Of a stretch of DNA of 64,000 bases, positions 50,561-61,900 are shown in pieces; position 1 is the stretch's first letter; every line of letters starts with the position of its first letter. Origin of the DNA: Eledone cirrhosa. Its lineage: Eukaryota. The translations under genes were made by a program, and so were the position numbers. Under the pieces are notes generated by a model. It had not been told where the DNA came from. It ran no database searches and saw nothing but the letters and a program-made list of their open reading frames with translations. Location: assembly GCA_964016885.1 (NCBI GenBank), contig OZ024743.1, positions 131,378,001 to 131,442,000 on the forward strand. Direction: 5' to 3'.

Positions 50561-52859
50561 TGTTTGGTGTTTGGTGCTTGTTGCTTGGTGTTTGGTGCTT
50601 GGTGCTTGGTGTTTGTTGCCTGGTGCTTGGTGCTTGGTGCTTGGTGTTTGGTGTTTGGTGCTTGGTGCTTGGAGTTTGGTGTTTGGTGCTTGGTGCTTGG
50701 TGTTTCGTGTTTCGTGTTTGGTTTTTGGTGCTTGGTGCTTGGTGCTTGGTCCTTGGTGTTTGGTGCTGGGTGCATTGTGTTTGGTGCTTCGTGCTTGGTG
50801 CTTGGTGTTTGGTGTTTGCTGCTTGGTGTTTGATGGTTGGTGTTTTGTGTTTGGTGCTTGGTGCTTGGTGTTTGGTGCTTCGTGCTTGGTGCTTGGTGTT
50901 TGGTTCTTGGTTCTTGGTGTTTGGTGTTTGGCGTTTGGTGTTTGGTGCTTGGTGCTTGGTGTTTGGTGCTGGGTGCTTGGTGTTTGGTGCCTGGTGCTTG
51001 GTGCTTGGTGCTTGGTGTTTGGTGTTTGGTGCTTGGTGCTTGGTGCTTGGAGTTTGGTGTTTGGTGCTTGGTGCTTTGTGTTTTGTGTTTGGTGTTTGGT
51101 TTTTGGTGCTTGGTGCTTGGTCATTGGTGTTTGGTGCTGGGTGCTTTGTGTTTTGTGCTTGGTGCTTGGTGTTTGGTGTTTGCTGCTTGGTGTTTGATGC
51201 TTGGTGCTTGGTGCTTGGTGTTTTGTGTTTGGTGCTTGGTTCTTGGTGTTTGGTGCTTGGTGCTTGGTACTTGGTCTTTGTACTTGGTGCTTGGTGCTTG
51301 GTGTTTGGTTCTTGGTTCTTGGTGTTTGGTACTTGGTGCTTGGTGCTTGAAGTTTGGTGTTTGGTGCTTGGTGTTTGGTGCTTGGTACTTGGTGCTTGGT
51401 GCTTGGGGTTAGGTGTTTGGTGCTTGGTGCTTGGTGTTTGGTTTTTGGTGCTTGGTGCTTGGTGTTTGGTGTTTGGTGCTTGCTGCTGGCTGCTTGGTGT
51501 TTGATGCTTGGTGATTGGTGCTTGGTGTTTTGTGCTTGGTGTTTGGTGTTTGATGCTTGGTGCTTGGTGCTTGGTGCTTGGTGCTTGGTGTTTGGTGCTT
51601 GGTCCTTGGTGTTAGGTGCTGGGTGCTTTGTGTTTGGTGCTTGGTGCTTGGTGTTTGGTGTTTGCTGCTTGGTGCTTGATGCTTGGTGTTTGGTGCTTGG
51701 TGCTTGGTGCTTGGTGTTTGTACTTGGTGCTTGGTGCTTGGTGTTTGGTTCTTGGTTCTTGGTGTTTGGTGTTTGGCATTTGGTGTTTGGTGCTTGGTGC
51801 TTGGTGTTTGGTGCTTGGTGCTTGGTGTTTGGTGCCTGGTGCTTGGTGCTTGGTGCTTGGTGTTTGGAGTTTGGTGTTTGGTGCTTGGTGCTTGGTGCTT
51901 GGTCCTTGGTGTTTGGTGCTGGGTGCTTTGTGTTTGGTGATTGGTGCTTGGTGTTTGGTGTTTGCTGCTTGGTGTTTGATGCTTGGTGCTTGGTGTTTTG
52001 TGTTTGGTGCTTGGTGCTTGGTGTTTGGTGCTTGGTGCTTGGTGCTTGGTGTTTGTACTTGGTGCTTGGTGTTTGGTGTTTGGTTCTTGGTTCTTGGTGT
52101 TTGGTACTTGGTGCTTGGTGCTTGGTGCTTGGTGTTAGGTATTTGGTGCTTGGTGCTTCGTGTTTGGTGCTTGGTGTTTGGTGTTTGCTGTTTGGAGTTT
52201 GGTGTTTGGTGTTTGGTTTTGCTGTCTGGTGTCTGCTTTTTGGTGTTTATTGTTTGCTGTATGGTGTTTGCTGTTTCGTGTTTGGTGTTTGCTGTTTGGT
52301 GTTTGGTCTTTGGTGCTTGGTGTTTGGTGCTTGGTGTTTGGTGTTTGGTGCTTGCTGCTTGGTGTTTGGTGTTTGGTGCTTGGTGCTTGGTGTTTGGTGT
52401 TTAGTGTTTGGTGCTTGGTGTCTGGTGCTTGGTGTTTGGTGTTTGGTGTTTAGTGTTTGGTGCTTGGTGTCTGGTGCTTGGTGTTTGGTGTTTGGTTCTT
52501 TGTTCTTGGTGTTTGGTACTTGGTGCTTGGTGTTTGGTGTTTGCTGTTTGGTGTTTGGTGTTTGGTGTTTGCTGTTTGCTGTTTGGTGTCTGCTTTTTGG
52601 TGTTTAGTGTTTGCTGTATGGTGTTTGGTGTTTGCTGTTTGGTGTTTGGTCTTTGGTGCTTGGTGTTTGGTGCTCGGTGCTTGGTGTTTGGTATTCGGTG
52701 CTTGCTGCTTGGTGTTTGGTGCTTGGTGTTTGGTGTTTGGTGTTTGGTGCTTGGTGTCTGGTGCTTGGTGTTTGGTGCTTGGTTTTTGGTGTTTGGTGCT
52801 TGGTGTTTGGTGTTTGGTGTTTGGTGCTTGGTGCTTGGTGTTTGGTGTTTGGTGTTTGG

Positions 52860-53520
52860 TGCTTGGTGTCTGGTGCTTGGTGTTTGGTGTTTGGTGCTTG
52901 GTGTTTGGTGTTTGGTGTTTGTTGCTTGGTGCTTGGTGCTTGGTGTTTGGTGTTTGGTGTTTGGTGCTTGGTGCTTGGTGTTTGGTGCTTGGTGCTGAGT
53001 GGTTGGTGTTTGGTGCTTGGTGTTTGGTGCTGGGTGCTTGGTTTTTGGTCCTGGGTGCTTGGTGTTTGGTACTTGGTGCTTGGTGCTTGGTGTTTGGTGC
53101 TTGGTGCTTGGTGTTTGGTGCTTGGTGCTTAGTGTTTGGTGCTAGGTGCTTGGTGTTTGGTGCTTGGTGTTTGGTGCTTGGTGCTTGGTGTTTGGTGTTT
53201 GGTGTTTGGTGCTTGGTGTTTGGTGCTTGGTGCTTGGTGTTTGGTGTTTGGTGCTTGGTGCTTGGTGCTTGGTGTTTGGTGTTTGGTGTTTGGTGCTTGG
53301 TGCTTGGTGTTTGGTGCTTGGTGCTGAGTGGTTGGTGTTTGGTGCTTGGTGTTTGGTGCTGGGTGCTTGGTTTTTGGTCCTGGGTGCTTGGTGTTTGGTG
53401 CTTGGTGCTTGGTGCTTGGTGTTTGGTGCTTGGTGCTTGGTGTTTGGTGCTTGGTGCTTAGTGTTTGGTGCTAGGTGCTTGGTGTTTGGTGCTTGGTGTT
53501 TGGTGCTTGGTGCTTGGTGT
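52860..53520 (+). repeat. 329-bp (47-monomer) tandem duplication
   Basis: Marker TGAGTGG...GGTCCTGGG at 52996 and 53325. ORF pairs 53136/53465 and 53146/53475. Confidence 0.88.
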
Positions 53521-54399
53521 TTGGTGTTTGGTGTTTGGTGCTTGGTGCTTGGTGTTTGCTGTTTGCTGTTTGGTGTTTGTTGTTTGGTGTTTGTTGTTTG
53601 GTGTTTGCTGTTTGGTGTTTGGTGTTTGCTATTTGGTGTTTGGTGTTTGCTGTATGTTGTTTGCTGTTTGGTGTTTGGTGTTTGGTGTTTGGTGTTTGGT
53701 GTTTGGTGTTTGGTGCTTGGTGTTTGGTGCTTGGTGCTTGGTGTTTGGTGCCTGGTGCTTGGTGCTTGATGCTTGGTGTTTGGCTTTTGGTGCTTGGTGC
53801 TTGGTGCTTGGTCCTTGGTGTTTGGTGCTGGGTGCTTTGTGTTTGGTGCTTGGTGCTTGGTGCTTGGTGTTTGGTGTTTGCTGCTTGGTGTTTGATGCTT
53901 GGTGCTTGGTGCTTGGTGTTTTGTGTTTGGTGCTTGGTGCTTGGTGTTTGGTGCTTGGTGCTTGGTGCTTGGTGTTTGTACTTGGTGCTTGGTGCTTGGT
54001 GTTTGGTTCTTGGTTCTTGGTGTTTGGTGTTTTGCGTTTGGTGTTTGGTGCTTGGTGTTTGGTGCTTGGTGCTTGGTGTTTGGTGCCTGGTGCTTGGTGC
54101 TTGGTGCTTGGTGTTTGGTGTTTGGTGCTTGGTGCTTGGAGTTTGGTGTTTGGTGCTTGGTGCTTGGTGCTTGGTCCTTGGTGTTTGGTGCAGGGTGCTT
54201 TGTGTTTGGTGATTGGTGCTTGGTGTTTGGTGTTTGCTGCTTGGTGCTTGGTGCTTGGTGTTTCTACTTGGTGCTTGGTGCTTGGTGTTTGGTTCTTGGT
54301 TCTTGGTGTTTGGTACTTGGTGCTTGGTGCTTGGTGCTTGATGTTTGGTGTTTGGTGCTTGGTGTTTGGTGCTTGGTGGTTGGTGCTTGGTGCTTGGTG

Positions 54400-57100
54400 C
54401 TTGGTGTTACGTATTTGGTGCTTGGTGCTTGGTGTTTGGTGCTTGGTGTTTGGTGTTTGCTGTTTGGTGTTTGGTGTTTGCTGTTTGGTGTTTGCTGTTT
54501 GGTGTTTGGTGTTTGCTGTTTGGTGTTTGGTCTTTGGTGCTTGGTGTTTGGTGCTTGGTGTTTGGTGTTTGGTGCTTGGTGCTTGGTGCTTGGTGTTTGG
54601 TGCTTGGTGCTTGGTGTTTTGTGTTTCGTGTTTGGTTTTTGGTGCTTGGTGCTTGGTGCTTGGTCCTTGGTGTTAGGTGCTGGGTGCTTTGTGTTTGGTG
54701 CTTGGTGCTTGGTGTTTGGTGTTTGCTGCTTGGTGCTTGATGCTTGGTGTTTGGTGCTTGGTGCTTGGTGCTTGGTGTTTGTACTTGGTGCTTAGTGCTT
54801 GGTGTTTGGTTCTTGGTTCTTGGTGTTTGGTGCTTGGCATTTGGTGTTTGGTGCTTGGTGCTTGGTGTTTGGTGCTTGGTGCTTGGTGTTTGGTGCCTGG
54901 TGCTTGGTGCTTGGTGCTTGGTGTTTGGAGTTTGGTGTTTGGTGCTTGGTGCTTGGTGCTTGGTCCTTGGTGTTTGGTGCTGGGTGCTTTGTGTTTGGTG
55001 ATTGGTTCTTGGTGTTTGATGCTTGGTGCTTGGTGTTTTGTGTTTGGTGCTTGGTGCTTGGTGTTTGGTGCTTGGTGCTTGGTGCTTGGTGTTTGTACTT
55101 GGTGCTTGGTGTTTGGTGATTGATTCTTGGTTCTTGGTGTTTGGTACTTGGTGCTTGGTGCTTGGTGCTTGGTGTTAGGTATTTGGTGCTTGGTGCTTCG
55201 TGTTTGGTGCTTGGTGTTTGGTGTTTGCTGTTTGGAGTTTGGTGTTTGGTGTTTGGTTTTGCTGTCTGGTGTCTGCTTTTTGTTGTTTAGTGTTTGCTGT
55301 ATGGTGTTTGCTGTTTCGTGTTTGGTGTTTGCTGTTTGGTGTTTGGTCTTTGGTGCTTGGTGTTTGGTGCTTGGTGTTTGGTGTTTGGTGCTTGCTGCTT
55401 GGTGTTTGGTGTTTGGTGCTTGGTGCTGGGTGTTTGGTGTTTAGTGTTTGGTGCTTGGTGTCTGGTGCTTGGTGTTTGGTGTTTGGTGCTTGGTGTTTGG
55501 TGTTTGGTGATTGGTGCTTGGTGTTTGGTGTTTGCTGCTTGGTGTTTGATGCTTGGTGCTTGGTGTTTTGTGTTTGGTGCTTGGTGCTTGGTGTTTGGTG
55601 CTTGATGTTTGGTGTTTGGTACTTGGTGTTTGGTGCTTGGTGCTTGGTGCTTGGTGCTTGGTGCTTGGTGCTTGGTGTTAGGTATTTGGTGCTTGGTGCT
55701 TGGTGTTTGGTGCTTGGTGTTTGGTGTTTGCTGTTTGGTGTTTGGTGTTTGCTGTTTGGTGTTTGCTGTTTGGTGTTTGGTGTTTGCTGTTTGGTGTTTG
55801 GTCTTTGGTGCTTGGTGTTTGGTGCTTGGTGTTTGGTGTTTGGTGCTTGGTGCTTGGTGCTTGGTGTTTGGTGCTTGGTGCTTGGTGTTTTGTGTTTCGT
55901 GTTTGGTTTTTGGTGCTTGGTGCTTGGTGCTTGGTCCTTGGTGTTAGGTGCTGGGTGCTTTGTGTTTGGTGCTTGGTGCTTGGTGTTTGGTGTTTGCTGC
56001 TTGGTGCTTGATGCTTGGTGTTTGGTGCTTGGTGCTTGGTGCTTGGTGTTTGTACTTGGTGCTTAGTGTTTGGTGTTTGGTTCTTGGTTCTTGGTGTTTG
56101 GTGCTTGGCATTTGGTGTTTGGTGCTTGGTGCTTGGTGTTTGGTGCTTGGTGTTTGGTGTTTGGTGCCTGGTGCTTGGTGCTTGGTGCTTGGTGTTTGGA
56201 GTTTGGTGTTTGGTGCTTGGTGCTTGGTGCTTGGTCCTTGGTGTTTGGTGCTGGGTGCTTTGTGTTTGGTGATTGGTTCTTGGTGTTTGATGCTTGGTGC
56301 TTGGTGTTTTGTGTTTGGTGCTTGGTGCTTGGTGTTTGGTGCTTGGTGCTTGGTGCTTGGTGTTTGTACTTGGTGCTTGGTGTTTGGTGTTTGGTTCTTG
56401 GTTCTTGGTGTTTGGTACTTGGTGCTTGGTGCTTGGTGCTTGGTGTTAGGTATTTGGTGCTTGGTGCTTCGTGTTTGGTGCTTGGTGTTTGGTGTTTGCT
56501 GTTTGGAGTTTGGTGTTTGGTGTTTGGTTTTGCTGTCTGGTGTCTGCTTTTTGTTGTTTAGTGTTTGCTGTATGGTGTTTGCTGTTTCGTGTTTGGTGTT
56601 TGCTGTTTGGTGTTTGGTCTTTGGTGCTTGGTGTTTGGTGCTTGGTGTTTGGTGTTTGGTGCTTGCTGCTTGGTGTTTGGTGTTTGGTGCTTGGTGCTGG
56701 GTGTTTGGTGTTTAGTGTTTGGTGCTTGGTGTCTGGTGCTTGGTGTTTGGTGTTTGGTGCTTGGTGTTTGGTGTTTGGTGATTGGTGCTTGGTGTTTGGT
56801 GTTTGCTGCTTGGTGTTTGATGCTTGGTGCTTGGTGTTTTGTGTTTGGTGCTTGGTGCTTGGTGTTTGGTGCTTGATGTTTGGTGTTTGGTGCTTGGTGT
56901 TTGGTGCTTGGTGCTTGGTGCTTGGTGCTTGGTGCTTGGTGCTTGGTGTTAGGTATTTGGTGCTTGGTGCTTGGTGTTTGGTGCTTGGTGTTTGGTGTTT
57001 GCTGTTTGGTGTTTGGTGTTTGCTGTTTGGTGTTTGCTGTTTGGTGTTTGGTGTTTGCTGTTTGGTGTTTGGTCTTTGGTGCTTGGTGTTTGGTGCTTGG
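54400..57100 (+). repeat. Tandem 1271-bp higher-order unit; related copies at ~51600-52440 and ~57830-58917
   Basis: ORF pairs 54677/55948, 55200/56471, 55609/56880 (1271), 51616/54677 (3061), 55609/57902 (2293). Markers GGCATTTGG and GGTTTTGCTGTCTGG. Confidence 0.88.
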
Positions 57101-58904
57101 TGTTTGGTGTTTGGTGCTTGGTGCCTGGTGTTTGGTGTTTGGTGTTTGGTGCTTGGTGTCTGGTGCTTGGTGTTTGGTGCTTGGTGTTTGTTGTTTGGTG
57201 CTTGGTGCTTGGTGTTTGGTGTTTGGTGCTTGGTGTTTGGTGTTTGGTGCTTGTTGCTTGGTGCTTGATGTTTGGTGCTTGGTGCTTGGTGTTTGGTGCT
57301 GGGTGCTTGGTGCTTGTTATTTGGTTTTTGGTGCTTGGTGCTTGGTGTTTGGTGTTTGGTGTTATATGCTTGGTGTTTGATGCTTGGTGCTTGGTGCTTG
57401 GTGTTTGGTGTTTGGTGTCTGGTGCTTGGTGCTTGGTGTTTGGTGCTTGGTGCTGAGTGGTTGGTGTTTGGTGCTTGGTGTTTGGTGCTGGGTGCTTGGT
57501 GTTTGGTGCTGGGTGCTTGGTGTTTGGTGCTTGGTGCTTGGTCTTTGGTGCTTGGTGTTTGGTGCTTGGTGCTTGGTGCTTGGTGTTTGGTGCTTGGTGC
57601 TTGGTGTTTGGTGCTTGGTGCTTGGTGTTTGCTGTTTGCTGTTTGCTGTTTGTTGTTTGGTGTTTGTTGTTTGGTGTTTGCTGTTTGGTGTTTGGTGTTT
57701 GCTTTTTGGTGTTTGGTGTTTGCTGTATGTTGTTTGCTGTTTGGTGTTTGGTGTTTGGTGCCTGGTGCTTGGTGCTTGGTGCTTGGTGTTTGGTGTTTGG
57801 TGCTTGGTGCTTGGTGTTTGGTGTTTGCTGCTTGGTGTTTGATGCTTGGTGCTTGGTGTTTTGTGTTTGGTGCTTGGTGCTTGGTGTTTGGTGCTTGATG
57901 TTTGGTGTTTGGTACTTGGTGTTTGGTGCTTGGTGCTTGGTGCTTGGTGCTTGGTGCTTGGTGCTTGGTGTTAGGTATTTGGTGCTTGGTGCTTGGTGTT
58001 TGGTGCTTGGTGTTTGGTGTTTGCTGTTTGGTGTTTGGTGTTTGGTGTTTGCTGTTTGGTGTTTGCTGTTTGGTGTTTGGTGTTTGCTGTTTGGTGTTTG
58101 GTCTTTGGTGCTTGGTGTTTGGTGCTTGGTGTTTGGTGTTTGGTGCTTGGTGCTTGGTGCTTGGTGTTTGGTGCTTGGTGCTTGGTGTTTTGTGTTTCGT
58201 GTTTGGTTTTTGGTGCTTGGTGCTTGGTGCTTGGTCCTTGGTGTTAGGTGCTGGGTGCTTTGTGTTTGGTGTTTGCTGCTTGGTGCTTGATGCTTGGTGT
58301 TTGGTGCTTGGTGCTTGGTGCTTGGTGTTTGTACTTGGTGCTTGGTGCTTGGTGTTTGGTTCTTGGTTCTTGGTGTTTGGTGTTTGGCATTTGGTGTTTG
58401 GTGCTTGGTGCTTGGTGTTTGGTGCTTGGTGCTTGGTGTTTGGTGCCTGGTGCTTGGTGCTTGGTGCTTGGTGTTTGGTGTTTGGGGCTTGGTGCTTGGA
58501 GTTTGGTGTTTGGTGCTTGGTGCTTGGTGCTTGGTGTTTGGTGCTGGGTGCTTTGTGTTTGGTGCTGGGTGCTTTGTGTTTGGTGATTGGTTCTTGGTGT
58601 TTGATGCTTGGTGCTTGGTGTTTTGTGTTTGGTGCTTGGTGCTTGGTGTTTGGTGCTTGGTGCTTGGTGCTTGGTGTTTGTACTTGGTGCTTGGTGTTTG
58701 GTGTTTGGTTCTTGGTTCTTGGTGTTTGGTACTTGGTGCTTGGTGCTTGGTGCTTGGTGTTAGGTATTTGGTGCTTGGTGCTTCGTGTTTGGTGCTTGGT
58801 GCTTGGTGTTTGCTGTTTGGAGTTTGGTGTTTGGTGTTTGGTTTTGCTGTCTGGTGTCTGCTTTTTGGTGTTTAGTGTTTGCTGTATGGTGTTTGCTATT
58901 TCGT

Positions 58905-58930
58905 GTTTGGTGTTTGCACCCAACACCAAA
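58905..58930. other. Strand-switch (head-to-head) junction between the two arms
   Basis: Sequence reads ...TCGTGTTTGGTGTTTG-C-ACCCAACACCAAA... with no spacer. C58917 can be assigned to either arm. Confidence 0.97.
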
Positions 58931-61900
58931 CACCAAACATCAAACACCAATCACGAATCACCAAACAGCAAACAGCAAACACCAAACACCAAACACCAAA
59001 CACCAAGCACCAAGCACCAAACACCAAACACCAAGCACCAAGCACCAAACACCAAATACCAAGCACCAAGCACCAAGCACCAAGCACCAAACACCAAGCA
59101 CCAAGCACCAAGCACCAAACACCAAGCACCAAACACCAAGCACCAGACACGAAGCACCAAGCACCAAATACCAAGCACCAAAAACCAAGCACCAAGCTCC
59201 AAGGAACAAACACCAAGCACCAAACAACAAGCACCAAGCACCAAGCATGAAACACCAAGCACCAAGCGCCAAACACCAAACACCAAGCACCAAGCACCAA
59301 ATACCAAGCACCAAGCACCAAGCACCAAGCACCAAACACCAAACACCAAACACCAAACAGCAAACAGCAAACTCCAAACACCAAACACCAAACAGCAAAC
59401 ACCAAACACCAAACAGCAAACACTAAACAGCAAACAGCAAACACCAAACACCAACCAGCAAACACCAAGCACCAAACACCAAGCACCAAGCAACAAGCAC
59501 CAATCACCAAGCACCAAGCACTAAACACCAAACACCAAGCACCAAGCACCATGGACCAAACACCAAGCATCAAGCACCAAGCACCAAACGCCAAGCACCA
59601 AGCACCAAACACCAAGCACCAAGCACCATGCACCAAACACCAAGCACCAAAGACCAAGCACCAAATACCAAGCACCAAGCACCAAACACCAATCACCAAG
59701 CACCAAGCACCAAACACCAAGAACCCAGCACCAATCACTAAACACCAAACACCAAGCACCAAGCACCAAGTACCAAACTCCAAACACCAAACACCAAGCA
59801 CAAAGCACCAAATCGCAAGCACCAAACACCAAGCACCAAGCACCAAACACCAAACACCAAGCACCAAGCACCATGCACCAATCACCAAACACCAAGCACC
59901 AAGCACCAAACACCAAACACTAAGCACCAAGCACCAAACACCAAACACCAAGCACCTAGCACCAAGCACCAAGCACCAAGCACCAAACACCAAGCACCAA
60001 ACACCAAGCACCAGACACGAAGCACCAAGCACCAAATACCAAGCACCAAAAACCAAGCACCAAGCTCCAAGGACCAAACACCAAGCACCAAACACCAAAC
60101 ACCAAGCACCAAGCATGAAACACCAAGCACCAAGCGCCAAACACCAAACACCAAGCACCAAGCACCAAATACCAAGCACCAAGCACCAAGCACCAAGCAC
60201 CAAACACCAAACACCAAACACCAAACACAAAACAGCAAACAGCAAACTCCAAACACCAAACACCAAACAGCAAACACCAAACACCAAACAGCAAACACCA
60301 AACAGCAAACACTAAACACCAACCAGCAAACACCAAACACCAAACACCAAACAGCAAACGCCAAACAGCAAACGCCAAACACCAAACGCCAAACAGTAAG
60401 CACCAAGCACCAAACACCAAACACCAAGCACCAAGCACCAAACACCAAACACCAAGCACCAAGCACCAAACACCAAACACCAAGCACCAAGCACTAAACA
60501 CCAAACACCAAGCACCAAGCACCAAGCCCCAAACACCAAGCACCAAGCACCAAGCACCAAACACCAAGCACCAAGCACCAAACACGAACCAGCAAACACC
60601 AAACACCAAACACCAAGCACCAAGCACCAAACACCAAACACCAAGCACCTAGCACCAAAGAGCAAACACCAAGCCCCAAGCACCAAACACCCAACACCAA
60701 ACACCAAACATCAAACACCAATCACGAATCACCAAACAGCAAACAGCAAACACCAAACACCAAACACCAAACACCAAGCACCAAGCACCAAACACCAAAC
60801 ACCAAGCACCAAGCACCAAACACCAAATACCAAGCACCAAGCACCAAGCACCAAGCACCAAACACCAAGCACCAAGCACCAAGCACCAAACACCAAGCAC
60901 CAAACACCAAGAACTAGACACGAAGCACCAAGCACCAAATACCAAGCACCAAAAACCAAGCACCAAGCTCCAAGGACCAAACACCAAGCACCAAACACCA
61001 AACACCAAGCACCAAGCATGAAACACCAAGCACCAAGCGCCAAACACCAAACACCAAGCACCAAGCACCAAATACCAAGCACCAAGCACCAAGCACCAAG
61101 CACCAAACACCAAACACCAAACACCAAACAGCAAACAGCAAACTCCAAACACCAAACACCAAACAGCAAACACCAAACACCAACCAGCAAACACCAAGCA
61201 CCAAACACCAAGCACCAAGCACCAAATCGCAAGCACCAAACACCAAGCACCAAGCACCAAACACCAAACACCAAGCACCAAGCACCATGCACCAATCACC
61301 AAACACCAAGCACCAAGCACCAAAGACCAAACACTAAGCACCAAGCACCAAACACCAAACACCAAGCACCTAGCACCAAGCACCAAGCACCAAGCACCAA
61401 ACACCAAGCACCAAGCACCAAGCCCCAAACACCAAGCACCAAACACCAAGCACCAGACACGAAGCACCAAGCACCAAATACCAAGCACCAAAAACCAAGC
61501 ACCAAGCTCCAAGGACCAAACACCAAGCACCAAACACCAAACACCAAGCACCAAGCCTGAAACACCAAGCACCAAGCGCCAAACACCAAACACCAAGCAC
61601 CAAGCACCAAATACCAAGCACCAAGCACCAAGCACCAAGCACCAAACACCAAACACCAAACACCAAACACCAAACAGCAAACAGCAAACTCCAAACACCA
61701 AACACCAAACAGCAAACACCAAACACCAAACAGCAAACACCAAACAGCAAACACCAAACACCAACCAGCAAACACCAAACACCAAACACCAAACAGCAAA
61801 CGCCAAACATCAAACGCCAAACACCAAACGCCAAACAGCAAACGCCAAACACCAAACGCCAAACAGTAAGCACCAAGCACCAAACACCAAACACCAAGCA

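Larger units (their letters stand above)
1..58917 (+). repeat. 7-bp satellite array (TTGGTGY)n, G/T-rich strand on +, about 8,400 monomers; open at the left edge
   Basis: Continuous TTGGTGC/TTGGTGT monomers with scattered point variants (TAGGTGT, TTGATGC, TTGCTGT, TTGGTAC, TTGGTCC, TTGGTGG, TGGGTGC). A is nearly absent on +. No non-repeat insertion seen. Confidence 0.99.

Noticed and set aside
1-58917. Canonical telomere tract (TTAGG, TTAGGG or TTTAGGG)
   Set aside because: TTAGG appears only as isolated single variants (GTTAGGTG), never in tandem.
1-58917. RIP-like or CpG-deamination signature explaining the variants
   Set aside because: The consensus has no CpG, most CpA sites on the C-rich strand are intact, and the variants include many transversions. 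No dominant signature is visible by eye.
56446-60308. Chimeric ORFs spanning the junction (57902-59524 +, 56446-58950 -, 58896-60308 -) that look like two-domain membrane-anchor plus hydrophilic-tail proteins
   Set aside because: They are a direct consequence of the strand switch in a stop-poor repeat. There is no independent evidence of a gene.
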